NCBI GenBank assembly: GCA_050115495.1
Contig: JASFQK010000010.1
Location: 1 to 64,000 of the forward strand
DNA from: Phycisphaerae bacterium
GTDB taxonomy: Bacteria > Planctomycetota > Phycisphaerae > UBA1845 > Fen-1342
Direction of reading: 5' to 3'
Length of the DNA stretch: 64,000 nucleotides
The notes under the pieces were generated by a model, which saw only the letters and a list, made by a program, of their open reading frames with translations, was not told where the DNA came from and searched no databases. The translations under genes and the position numbers were made by a program. Below, one piece after another: positions 1-7,897 of this stretch. Numbering within the stretch: position 1 is the first letter of the stretch; every line of letters begins with the position of its first letter.

Positions 1-2
1 CG

Positions 3-1016
3 CGTCGTTACTCTCGTGCATCGGCGTACTCCTCTGCCCAGCGTGGGCGGCTCGGAACCAATCTTGATCCCGAGAGTACGCCGCCTTTTTTCATCCCGCC
101 ATCAACGAAATTCGGTTATAGCTCCACCTCGCTCGCAGAGCTGGACAACGACACGCTTCAGCAGATCAAGGAGTTACGGGACTTCCGCAAGTGGCTTAGA
201 GCGGAAGGCAAGTGCCTGGACTGTGGGTTTGCCTCGGCGAAGGGGTCGGTGGATGCGCTCGACTGCAGACTGCGGGCCCATGTTGTCGACTACGTGGATA
301 GGCAGCCGTCTGTCCATCCTGCTTTGCCCATGGATCTGGGGTATGTCGACTTCTTCTGTCCAGATGCCGCAGATGTTCAGCAGCGGGCCGTCAAGAAAGC
401 CGCTTGCCTCACGGTGGAGAAGAGAGCTGTAAGACTCGTGGCCCACGTCGGGCGTTCCTATTTGCAGGAAGAGGGGCATCGTTTCAGGGATGAAGTCATC
501 GGCCTCCTTGGGAGGGGAGGGACCTTCAGGCTTCTGGCTCAGAATCCCTGGTCTGAGATCGGTTTCATGATCGCCGTGGGAGAGGCCGATGTGCGGGAAG
601 GGTGGGGTAGCCGCATCGTCGATGCAAGTCGAGGTTCTCCCGCGGCCATGGTCACAGCCATCGCGAAGAGCAAGTACTACAGCACGAGTTTCTGCCCGGT
701 AATGAAGCAGTATCGAGAACTGCGATCGCAGTATCCAGGGCTCATTGACTGCAGGCTGTCCAACGTGGATATTCCTGTAACATGCATGCTCACTAGCAGC
801 GATGGATTTCTGGAGCCCTACCTAACCGTCGATATACCGGGGCGTTATCGGTGGTCTATGAACACGTTCGAGCTTCATTTCACGGAGGAGTGCTCGTTGT
901 ACAGAACGGCCTCGAACTGGTTCGAACGGCTCTGGGACATGTCCCTTGAATATGATAGGTTCACTGAGGCCGAGGAAGACCTGAAGCAGCGGTTTATGGC
1001 GCGCTACCGGGCGTGA
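3..1016 (+). CDS. Hypothetical protein, 5'-truncated by the window edge; possible DUF4062/TIR-like N-terminal part plus DUF5919/PLD-like C-terminal domain
   Basis: The frame of the 249..1016 ORF stays open back to position 3 (...QQIKELRDFRKWLRAEGKCLDCGFASAKGSVDAL...). The C-terminal half (FRLLAQNP...LEPYL...WFERLW) resembles DUF5919-type domains. More AT-rich than neighbours. Confidence 0.6.
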   Translation, partial: RRYSRASAYSSAQRGRLGTNLDPESTPPFFIPPSTKFGYSSTSLAELDNDTLQQIKELRDFRKWLRAEGKCLDCGFASAKGSVDALDCRLRAHVVDYVDRQPSVHPALPMDLGYVDFFCPDAADVQQRAVKKAACLTVEKRAVRLVAHVGRSYLQEEGHRFRDEVIGLLGRGGTFRLLAQNPWSEIGFMIAVGEADVREGWGSRIVDASRGSPAAMVTAIAKSKYYSTSFCPVMKQYRELRSQYPGLIDCRLSNVDIPVTCMLTSSDGFLEPYLTVDIPGRYRWSMNTFELHFTEECSLYRTASNWFERLWDMSLEYDRFTEAEEDLKQRFMARYRA

Positions 1017-1188
1017 GTTGTGACATTCGCGGGCCAGCAACAGGACTCCGCATCGGAGAACAGATACGGAGCAGAGGGGGCATGGCGCTCGATGGCGGGA
1101 GCGGCCCGATGCGGCGGGTGTGCTCCCGTGCCCCGAGCCGTTCGCGCGGTTGGCGGCGAGTCGCTGTGCGGGCATCGAAGTGCGACAC

Positions 1189-1251
1189 CCCCCGCTGGGT
1201 CGTCTTCCGCGACGGCAAAGGCGGGTCGGCGATCGTGGCCGTTCGGGGCGT
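1189..1251 (-). pseudogene. Degenerate N-terminal remnant of a REP-associated tyrosine transposase (RAYT)
   Basis: Translates TPRTATIADPPLPSRKTTQRG (ACG where ATG is expected), resembling the RAYT start consensus MPRxARxxxPGxPHHxTQRG; no recognisable continuation. Confidence 0.35.
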
Positions 1252-1539
1252 GAGGGACGGGTGATCGATAGTCGGAAGAAAAGGGGCCATGGAGGGGGAG
1301 GACTCTCTGCCTATTGGTGCTAGTGGCTCGGCTAACGAACGTGGCGGAGCGGCTGAATGGAGCGGGGCTGGATGCGGAGTTGGGGCATCCCACGTCGCTG
1401 TGGATCGCAGTCGGCCGAAGAAGAGGTCTAAGGAGGTGGGGCATCCCCGTTTCTCTTGCGAAGAAGAACGCAGCCCTTTCCATTTGTCCGTTCTCCCACG
1501 CCCCTTTTCCACGCCGTACGCACGGGCTATGTTGAGTCC

Positions 1540-2238
1540 ATGATGTCCCGCAACGTCACGCGAACTCGCGCCTTGATTGCCTTGTTGCTGCTGGTCCCTG
1601 CTCCGTCACTGGGATCCGCCATGGGGCTGTGGGTGGCGCCGGGGCCGGTCGGCAAGACCGTCTACGCTGTCTGCAAGATCTGGATCCTGGTCCTGCCGCT
1701 GGTCTGGCTGCTCGCGGTTGAGAGGGGGAAGCTCTCGCTGTCGCCGGCGCGGCGTGGTGGGTTCGGTTTCGGCGTGCTGTCCGGCGTGCTGATCGGCGCC
1801 CTGATCGTGGGTGCGTATTACCTCTTCGCTGCAGCGCAGATCGATCCGGCGACGTTGCGCGAACTGGCCGCCGCCAACGGCTTTGATCGTCGCCCGGTCT
1901 TCCTGGCGTTCGCGGCCTACCTGATCCTCGTCAACGCGCTGCTTGAGGAATACGTCTGGCGCTGGTTCGTGTATACGCGCTGGGAAACGATCGTGGCCGG
2001 GCCCGTGGCGGTGGCCCTGGCTGCGGTCTGTTTCACGTTGCACCACATCCTGGTGCTCGCCTCGTTCGTGCCGTGGAGTCTCACGATACTGGGTGCGTCC
2101 GGCGTGTTCGTGGGTGGTGTGGTGTGGAGCTGGTCGTATCGCCGGTATCGCTCGATTTGGCCCGGCTACGTCAGTCACGCCATCGTCGACGCCGCCATCT
2201 TAGCGCTCGGCTGGCGCCTGCTCTTCAGCCCGGCGTGA
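1540..2238 (+). CDS. CPBP (Abi/CAAX) family intramembrane glutamic endopeptidase
   Basis: Multiple TM helices; motifs EEYVWR (EExxxR), FTLHH (FxxxH), HAIVD (HxxxN/D). Confidence 0.9.
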   Translation: MMSRNVTRTRALIALLLLVPAPSLGSAMGLWVAPGPVGKTVYAVCKIWILVLPLVWLLAVERGKLSLSPARRGGFGFGVLSGVLIGALIVGAYYLFAAAQIDPATLRELAAANGFDRRPVFLAFAAYLILVNALLEEYVWRWFVYTRWETIVAGPVAVALAAVCFTLHHILVLASFVPWSLTILGASGVFVGGVVWSWSYRRYRSIWPGYVSHAIVDAAILALGWRLLFSPA

Positions 2239-2322
2239 CACGTCCCTGCGTTGTTCTCTTCGCATGAGAAGAGTGCCGGCGATTAAGTGAAGAGAAGCGG
2301 AGTTCCCCCCTGCCTTCCCGCG

Positions 2323-2733
2323 TCACGCCGACCTGGGCGCTCCGATGAAGTGGAGCACCAGCACGAGCACGACCGCCCAGAACATCACCTTCAGTGCTGC
2401 GTTGGCCACGCGTTTCTCTACCGACTGCGTGCGGCGGATCGGCGAGCCTCTCTTCGCCAGGACCTTCTCGATCTCCAACGCCCAGAAGCTCGCGACGACG
2501 CCGGGGAGTGCCAGGACGATGCTGGCGAGACTGGCGACGACGAGCACGATCAGAGAGACAGTCCCGGAACTGGGCAAAAGGACGAACTTGGCACAGGCCG
2601 AGACAGCAGTCACAGCACTTGCCATCGAGGCGTACGTCACCGCCCGGGTGATCCGATAATGGCGGCGCAGCTTCGACTCGGGTGTGGCCGGGTCGTATTG
2701 CCAGATGACGATGTTCCTGAGATTCCCCAGCAT
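2323..2733 (-). CDS. Hypothetical small membrane protein (about 3 TM)
   Basis: Hydrophobic helices; ATG at 2733 with TATAAT 6 nt upstream (leaderless configuration). Confidence 0.65.
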   Translation of the reverse strand: MLGNLRNIVIWQYDPATPESKLRRHYRITRAVTYASMASAVTAVSACAKFVLLPSSGTVSLIVLVVASLASIVLALPGVVASFWALEIEKVLAKRGSPIRRTQSVEKRVANAALKVMFWAVVLVLVLHFIGAPRSA

Positions 2734-2854
2734 GCCGCCATTATACACGAACGACGAAGGTGCTGTGTCGTGTCCATGGGCGGCAGTGGTATGGACCGGA
2801 CGGGGGTAGCGCCCGCTTGACACGCAGGTCTCCCTTCGCTACATTCACATCGCA

Positions 2855-2980
2855 AGCATCAAGAGACCCGGGAGGGCTTCTTCTCCCGGGCGGCAACCGA
2901 GCAGCCGATCCTCCGACTGCCGCGGTGCCGAGGCCAGCCCTGACGTAGGGAATGATGCGGTCGGAGCCGAGTGATCGGTG
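2855..2980 (+). ncRNA. SAM-clan riboswitch (SAM-I/IV-like)
   Basis: GCATCAAGAG, P2 hairpin CCCGGGAG/CTCCCGGG, CGGCAACC...GGTGCC, P4 CCCT/AGGG, then GATGC closing P1; directly upstream of methionine biosynthesis genes. Confidence 0.85.
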
Positions 2981-3058
2981 GCCGGCAAAAACACAGCGAC
3001 GTTCGCTGGGTCCCGCGTTCCATCTGGAAGCTCTTGGTGCCGTGAAGGAGATCACGGC

Positions 3059-4282
3059 ATGGGGCAGTCTACCTACGCTCCAAACGTGGACACGCTGTGT
3101 GTCCGCGCCGGCAGCAGGAACGGCGACGGCGAACCGCTCGTCGCCCCGCTGATTCAATCCACCACGTTCTGCCGCAGCAGTGTCGAAAGCGACGTAACGC
3201 ACGCCTATTCGCGCGTTTCGAACCCGACCGTGGCGGCGCTCGAACTGACGCTCGGCAAGCTGGAAGATGCACCGCCGGCGGTGTGCTTTTCGTCCGGACT
3301 GGCGGCGGAAACCGCACTGTTTACGGCGGTGCTCAGCGCGGGGACGCACGTCGTCTGCGGGCAGGCCGTCTACGGCGGCACGACGCGCCTGCTGCTGGAT
3401 GTGCTGTCGCGGCTGGGTGTCGAGACGACGTTCGTCGACGCGACGCAGGCCACAGCCGTACGCGCGGCCATGCGCGACAATACACGCCTGGTATTCGCCG
3501 AAACGCCGGCCAATCCGACGCTGGAGTTGACCGATCTCGCAGCGGTGGCGGCGATCGCGCACGAGGCGGGGGCACTGCTGGCCGCCGACAACACGTTCAT
3601 GACGCCGGTGTTGCAGCAGCCGCTCGCGTGCGGGGCGGGCGTGTCCGTGTACTCGACGACGAAGTTCGTGGAAGGGCACTCCGTCGCCGTGGGTGGGGCC
3701 CTGGTGAGCCGCGATGACGAGCTGCTCGAACGGCTACGCTTCGTGCGCAAGTCCACGGGCGGTATCCAGACGCCGATGAATGCGTGGCTGACGTTACAGG
3801 GGCTGAAGACGCTGCCGTTGCGCATTCGCCGGCAGTCCGACACGGCGGCGCAGGTGGCGGCGTGGCTTGGGGGGCGTGAAGACGTATCGCGCGTGTATTA
3901 CCCGTCGCCGGTGTGTGGGGCGGATGCGTCGCTGGCCGAGCGGCAACACCGCGGCGGCCATGGAGCGGTGGTTTCGTTCGAGCTACGCGGCGGGTTTCAG
4001 ACGGCACGTCGGTTCGTGCAGCGTTTGCGGCTGTGCCGGTTGGTCGAGCACGTGGGCTCGGTGGAGACGCTCATCACGCACCCGGCGAGCATGACGCACG
4101 CGGATGTTCCGCTGGAGCAACGCCGGCGGGTTGGCATCGGCGATGGGCTGTTGCGGCTGTCGGTTGGACTGGAGGAATCCGAGGCCATCATCGACGACCT
4201 CCGCCGGGCGCTCGCCGAGCTCTCGGCCGGCGGTGCGGCACGCATTCGAAAGGGGGGACCGCTGTGTCCGGACGTCCTGTAA
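3059..4282 (+). CDS. metB: PLP-dependent trans-sulfuration enzyme (cystathionine gamma-synthase-like)
   Basis: YSRVSNPT, FSSGLAA, YGGT, ETPANP, DNTF, YSTTKFVEGH (PLP lysine), HPASMTH, LRLSVGLE; RBS AAGGAG. Confidence 0.85.
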   Translation: MGQSTYAPNVDTLCVRAGSRNGDGEPLVAPLIQSTTFCRSSVESDVTHAYSRVSNPTVAALELTLGKLEDAPPAVCFSSGLAAETALFTAVLSAGTHVVCGQAVYGGTTRLLLDVLSRLGVETTFVDATQATAVRAAMRDNTRLVFAETPANPTLELTDLAAVAAIAHEAGALLAADNTFMTPVLQQPLACGAGVSVYSTTKFVEGHSVAVGGALVSRDDELLERLRFVRKSTGGIQTPMNAWLTLQGLKTLPLRIRRQSDTAAQVAAWLGGREDVSRVYYPSPVCGADASLAERQHRGGHGAVVSFELRGGFQTARRFVQRLRLCRLVEHVGSVETLITHPASMTHADVPLEQRRRVGIGDGLLRLSVGLEESEAIIDDLRRALAELSAGGAARIRKGGPLCPDVL

Positions 4283-5955
4283 TCGTCTTGAAGTTCGGCG
4301 GCTCGGTGCTCAGGGATGAGGATTCGCTCCGCCTGGCCGTGCACGAGATCTACCGTTGGCGTCGCGACGGATACGGCGTCGTGCCCGTCGTGTCGGCGTT
4401 GAACGGCGTGACCGATGTGCTGCTGGGCCGATCGCAGCGGCTGTGTGAACGCGCAGCGCCGGCGTCGATCGCGGCGCTGGCGTCGATCGGCGAGTTGCAG
4501 AGCGCGGCGCTGCTGGGGCTGCACCTGGACCGTGCCGGCATTCCGGCGTCGGTGCTGACGCCGGACGCGCTGCGACTTGTGGCGCGTGGTCCGTCGCTCG
4601 ACGCGGCACCGCTGGATGCGTGCGTGTGCTCGGTGCAGCGGGGGCTGCATCGGGACGGTGTGGTCGTCATCGCCGGGTATGTGGCCGAGGACGCCGACGG
4701 GCGGGCGGTCGTGCTCGGTCGAGGCGGTTCGGATCTGACGGCGTTGTTCGTCGCGCATCGGCTCAGCGCGCAGCGTTGCCGCCTCATCAAGGATGTGGAA
4801 GGGCTGTACGAGCGCGATCCGGCACAGGCAGGACCGCCACCGCGGCGATACGCCCGGGCATCCTGGGCGGATGCGCTGGCGACGGATGGATCGATCATCC
4901 AGCACAAGGCGGTGCGGTTCGCGGCGTCGTACGGCATTCGGTTCGAACTCGGCGGGCTGAACGGCTGCGCACCGACGCTGATCGGCGACGGTTCGACGGC
5001 TTTCGCCGAGCCGGACCGGCCGCGACGGCGGTGGCGCGTGGCGCTGCTGGGGCTGGGCGTCGTCGGCGTCGGTGTGTACGAGGCGCTCCGCCGACTGGAG
5101 CCACTGTTCGAAGTGGTGTCGGTCGCGGTGCGTGACGTCGCCAAGCTGCGCGGGATCGACGTGCCGGAGACGCTGCTGTCAAACCGGGCTGAGTCCGTCG
5201 TCGGGCGGGACGTCGACTTGGTGATCGAGGTCATGGGCGGTGTCGAGCCGGCGGGGGCGGTCGTGGAGGCGGCGCTCGCCAGGGGCGTGCACGTCGTTAC
5301 CGCGAACAAGCGGTTGATCGCCGAACGCGGGGAGCGTTTGCGCAGTCTCGCCGCGTCGCACGATTGCCGGTTGCTCTATTCGGCGGCGGTGGGCGGCAGC
5401 GTGCCCTTGCTCGAACGCGTACGCGAGAACGGCGCAGCGGCCGTTCGCTCTATCCGCGCGGTGCTGAACGGTACGACGAACTTCGTGCTGGATCGGATCG
5501 CCGAGGGTGACACGTTTGCGGAGGCGGTGAGCGAGGCGCAGCGGCTCGGTCTGGCCGAGGCCGATCCTTCGCGCGACCTCGACGGCCGTGACGCCGGCGA
5601 CAAGCTGTGCGTGCTGGCGGGCGAGTTGGGGCTGAAGGGTGTCGGGCCGGAGCGCGTGCACCGTGAGCCGCTCACGCCGGAGCTGATCGCTGCCCGGCGG
5701 AAGAAAGTCCAGAACGGCCACGTGTTGCGTCACGTGGCGACGTTGCGTGGCGCGGGCGACGAGGTTGAGGCAGATGTGCGTCTGACCTCGCTCGAATCGA
5801 CGGACGACCTTGCCAGTGTCCATGGCGAGCACAACGCGGCTGTGATCGAGCGAGCGGACGGGCGCTGCGACGTGGTTCGCGGCAAGGGCGCCGGCCGCTG
5901 GCCGACGGCCGAAGTCGTGATCGCGGATGTGTTGGAGATTGTGCGAGGGGCATGA
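4264..5955 (+). CDS. Bifunctional aspartate kinase-homoserine dehydrogenase without ACT domains
   Basis: AK motifs KFGGS, VVSA, GRGGSD, DVEGLYERDP; HSDH motifs GLGVVG, VTANK, NGTTN, AEADP..DLDG.DAGDK, GKGAG; GTG start overlaps the end of metB. Confidence 0.9.
   Translation: MSGRPVIVLKFGGSVLRDEDSLRLAVHEIYRWRRDGYGVVPVVSALNGVTDVLLGRSQRLCERAAPASIAALASIGELQSAALLGLHLDRAGIPASVLTPDALRLVARGPSLDAAPLDACVCSVQRGLHRDGVVVIAGYVAEDADGRAVVLGRGGSDLTALFVAHRLSAQRCRLIKDVEGLYERDPAQAGPPPRRYARASWADALATDGSIIQHKAVRFAASYGIRFELGGLNGCAPTLIGDGSTAFAEPDRPRRRWRVALLGLGVVGVGVYEALRRLEPLFEVVSVAVRDVAKLRGIDVPETLLSNRAESVVGRDVDLVIEVMGGVEPAGAVVEAALARGVHVVTANKRLIAERGERLRSLAASHDCRLLYSAAVGGSVPLLERVRENGAAAVRSIRAVLNGTTNFVLDRIAEGDTFAEAVSEAQRLGLAEADPSRDLDGRDAGDKLCVLAGELGLKGVGPERVHREPLTPELIAARRKKVQNGHVLRHVATLRGAGDEVEADVRLTSLESTDDLASVHGEHNAAVIERADGRCDVVRGKGAGRWPTAEVVIADVLEIVRGA
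5854..5948 (+). repeat. Direct repeat copy 1 (3' end of the AK-HSDH gene)
   Basis: GCGGACGGGCGCTGCGACGTGGTTCGCGGCAAGGGCGCCGGCCGCTGGCCG...GTGATCGCGGATGTGTTGGAGATTGTGCGAGG recurs at 7150-7237. Confidence 0.95.
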
Positions 5956-6208
5956 CAGGGAAGAGGAGGAGCAGGACAAGAGAGAGAGGCAAGAGAAGAC
6001 AGGAAGGCGGGGGATGTTCCTGCTGTGCAGGAAACCCTGACGCTTGTTCGGGTTCCCTGCAGAGCGAGGGTGTCCCCTTCCCTTCGTGGGCCAGGAAACC
6101 ACTTCGACAGCCCGCCAATGCTAGACTACCATGGGTGCAATGTGTCCGGACGTTCGTGCCGGACGAAGACAGATGCTCGTTCATATCTGCTGGATTCGGA
6201 GGTGGAAG

Positions 6209-7135
6209 ATGAGTCCTCAGGCGGCCTGGATCTGCTTCGCCATCAGCACAGGCTTGGCTCTACTGTCAGTTGCCATCAACGCCATCCAATTTCACAGTCA
6301 CCAGAAGGAGAAGGCCAGCCTTCGCGGCCGACTATCGGCATGGTGGCACGAATTAGGAGCCATGCATGTATCAATAGAGAGACACTGGCTTGCGGTCGTT
6401 AGGAATGAGAACCCGGACTTCCGGTATGCGAACGCGAATGGGCTGATCAGCTCCTTGGCCGAGCACACGGAATCCCTCGCGGCGGACATGGCGCAGGCGG
6501 GGATGGCCATCGGGCTGCCCACACTGAACGCCGAGAAGACGACGAAGCAGGCGGAACGTCACGATCGCAATCCTCCAAGGGATGTTGGGGAGCAGCTTCT
6601 CGCGGGTCACTCGATGACAGTGCACCACTCAAGCGGCACGCACGCACGGGCGGACGATTACGAGTTTCGGCCGGATGACGATACGAAGTCCAAGGTTGGC
6701 ACTGAATCTTGTTCGACCGAGTTCATCGACGGCGTCCTGCGCATCGTGCGGCCTGCCTCCAGAGGACGATATATCGCCATAGTGCACCATTACGCCGGCG
6801 GAGAGAGTATTCCTGCGTCCCACGTGCCGGGGCGCTGCATCCGGATTGCGTTCGACTACGCGACGACTGGGGCCGCCTTCTCGATGCTCGTCCGTCTGCG
6901 TTATCCAGGCGGGGGGTGGGTCAAGAAAGAAGACGGCAAGTGGTGTGAGCGGCTGTTGAAGCTCTCCAGCGCTGAGTGGACACATGTTGACGACGTCAGG
7001 TTGTTACCTGTCGCCTCCGACAAGCCCCTCTTCGTGTCCTTTGAGCTGACGAACGGCAGAGTCGGAGGGCAGCCCGGGCCGGCCGAAGCGCTGTCGCTCA
7101 GGAACATATGGGTCTGGGAGGCGGAGACGGTGTGA
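6209..7135 (+). CDS. Hypothetical protein: N-terminal TM helix, helical region, C-terminal beta-rich domain
   Basis: RBS GGAGGT before ATG 6209; TM AAWICFAISTGLALLSVAINAI; atypical, more AT-rich codon usage. Confidence 0.7.
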   Translation: MSPQAAWICFAISTGLALLSVAINAIQFHSHQKEKASLRGRLSAWWHELGAMHVSIERHWLAVVRNENPDFRYANANGLISSLAEHTESLAADMAQAGMAIGLPTLNAEKTTKQAERHDRNPPRDVGEQLLAGHSMTVHHSSGTHARADDYEFRPDDDTKSKVGTESCSTEFIDGVLRIVRPASRGRYIAIVHHYAGGESIPASHVPGRCIRIAFDYATTGAAFSMLVRLRYPGGGWVKKEDGKWCERLLKLSSAEWTHVDDVRLLPVASDKPLFVSFELTNGRVGGQPGPAEALSLRNIWVWEAETV

Positions 7136-7149
7136 GTGAGGCAACACAG

Positions 7150-7237
7150 GCGGACGGACGCTGCGAGGTGGTTCGCGGCAAGGGCGCCGGCCGCTAGCCG
7201 AGGCCGTGATCGCGGATGTGTTGGAGATTGTGCGAGG
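7150..7237 (+). repeat. Direct repeat copy 2 (degenerate duplicate of the AK-HSDH 3' end)
   Basis: Near-identical to 5854-5948 but with TGG>TAG and a net ~7-nt deletion. Confidence 0.95.
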
Positions 7238-7328
7238 AACGTGATGGAGGTGAATGGCGATACAAGCGGACGGCGATGCGATTGCGGGAGGAACTGGCGA
7301 AGACTGTGCCCCCTCGCCGCCATGTCCC

Positions 7329-7817
7329 TCAAGCGAGTGGCTCTGATTGGGGACCGATGGCTTTGCGAAATACCACGCGGTCCTGGCCGGGGCCGGCGTA
7401 GTCGCGAACGACGGGTACGCCGTGTTCGTTGGCTTCGTCGTCGAGCTGCATGCCGATGCTGCGATGGAACGCGATGGACGCGTGGTTGTGGGGAGAGGTG
7501 ATTGCCTTCAGGGCGCGGCAGCCGCGAGCGATGGCGAACTCGGTGAAGTGTGCGTAGAGCCGCCGCGCCAGGCCGCGTCCGCGATACTCCGGTCGTACGG
7601 CGAGCAGATGGACGTAGCCGGTCGGCGTGGTCTGAGCGATGAAGCCGAACAGGTAGGCGACGACACGTCCCGCGTCGCGGATTACCCAGGCCGTGTCGCC
7701 GAACTCGTGCAGGAACATCGGGTGGTGTACCGCACGGGCGCGGTCACTGCCCCAGAAATCGGTCAGGTCTCGCAGGATCTCGGCGAAGTCGGTGGCGGTG
7801 CAGGGCTGCGGCTGCAT
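7329..7817 (-). CDS. GNAT family N-acetyltransferase
   Basis: VRPEYRGRGLA (acetyl-CoA motif A), N..SIAFH..IG. Confidence 0.9.
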   Translation of the reverse strand: MQPQPCTATDFAEILRDLTDFWGSDRARAVHHPMFLHEFGDTAWVIRDAGRVVAYLFGFIAQTTPTGYVHLLAVRPEYRGRGLARRLYAHFTEFAIARGCRALKAITSPHNHASIAFHRSIGMQLDDEANEHGVPVVRDYAGPGQDRVVFRKAIGPQSEPLA

Positions 7818-7897
7818 GGGCGCCAGCATAGTGACTCGGTGCCGCGGGGCAAGCGGACTCCGGCTTGCTGCCGTGGGCTTGCTGTAACGCCGGCCTG

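Noticed and set aside
5854..7237. Prophage or integrative element
   Set aside because: No integrase, phage or conjugation genes between or near the repeats; kept only as an islet finding.
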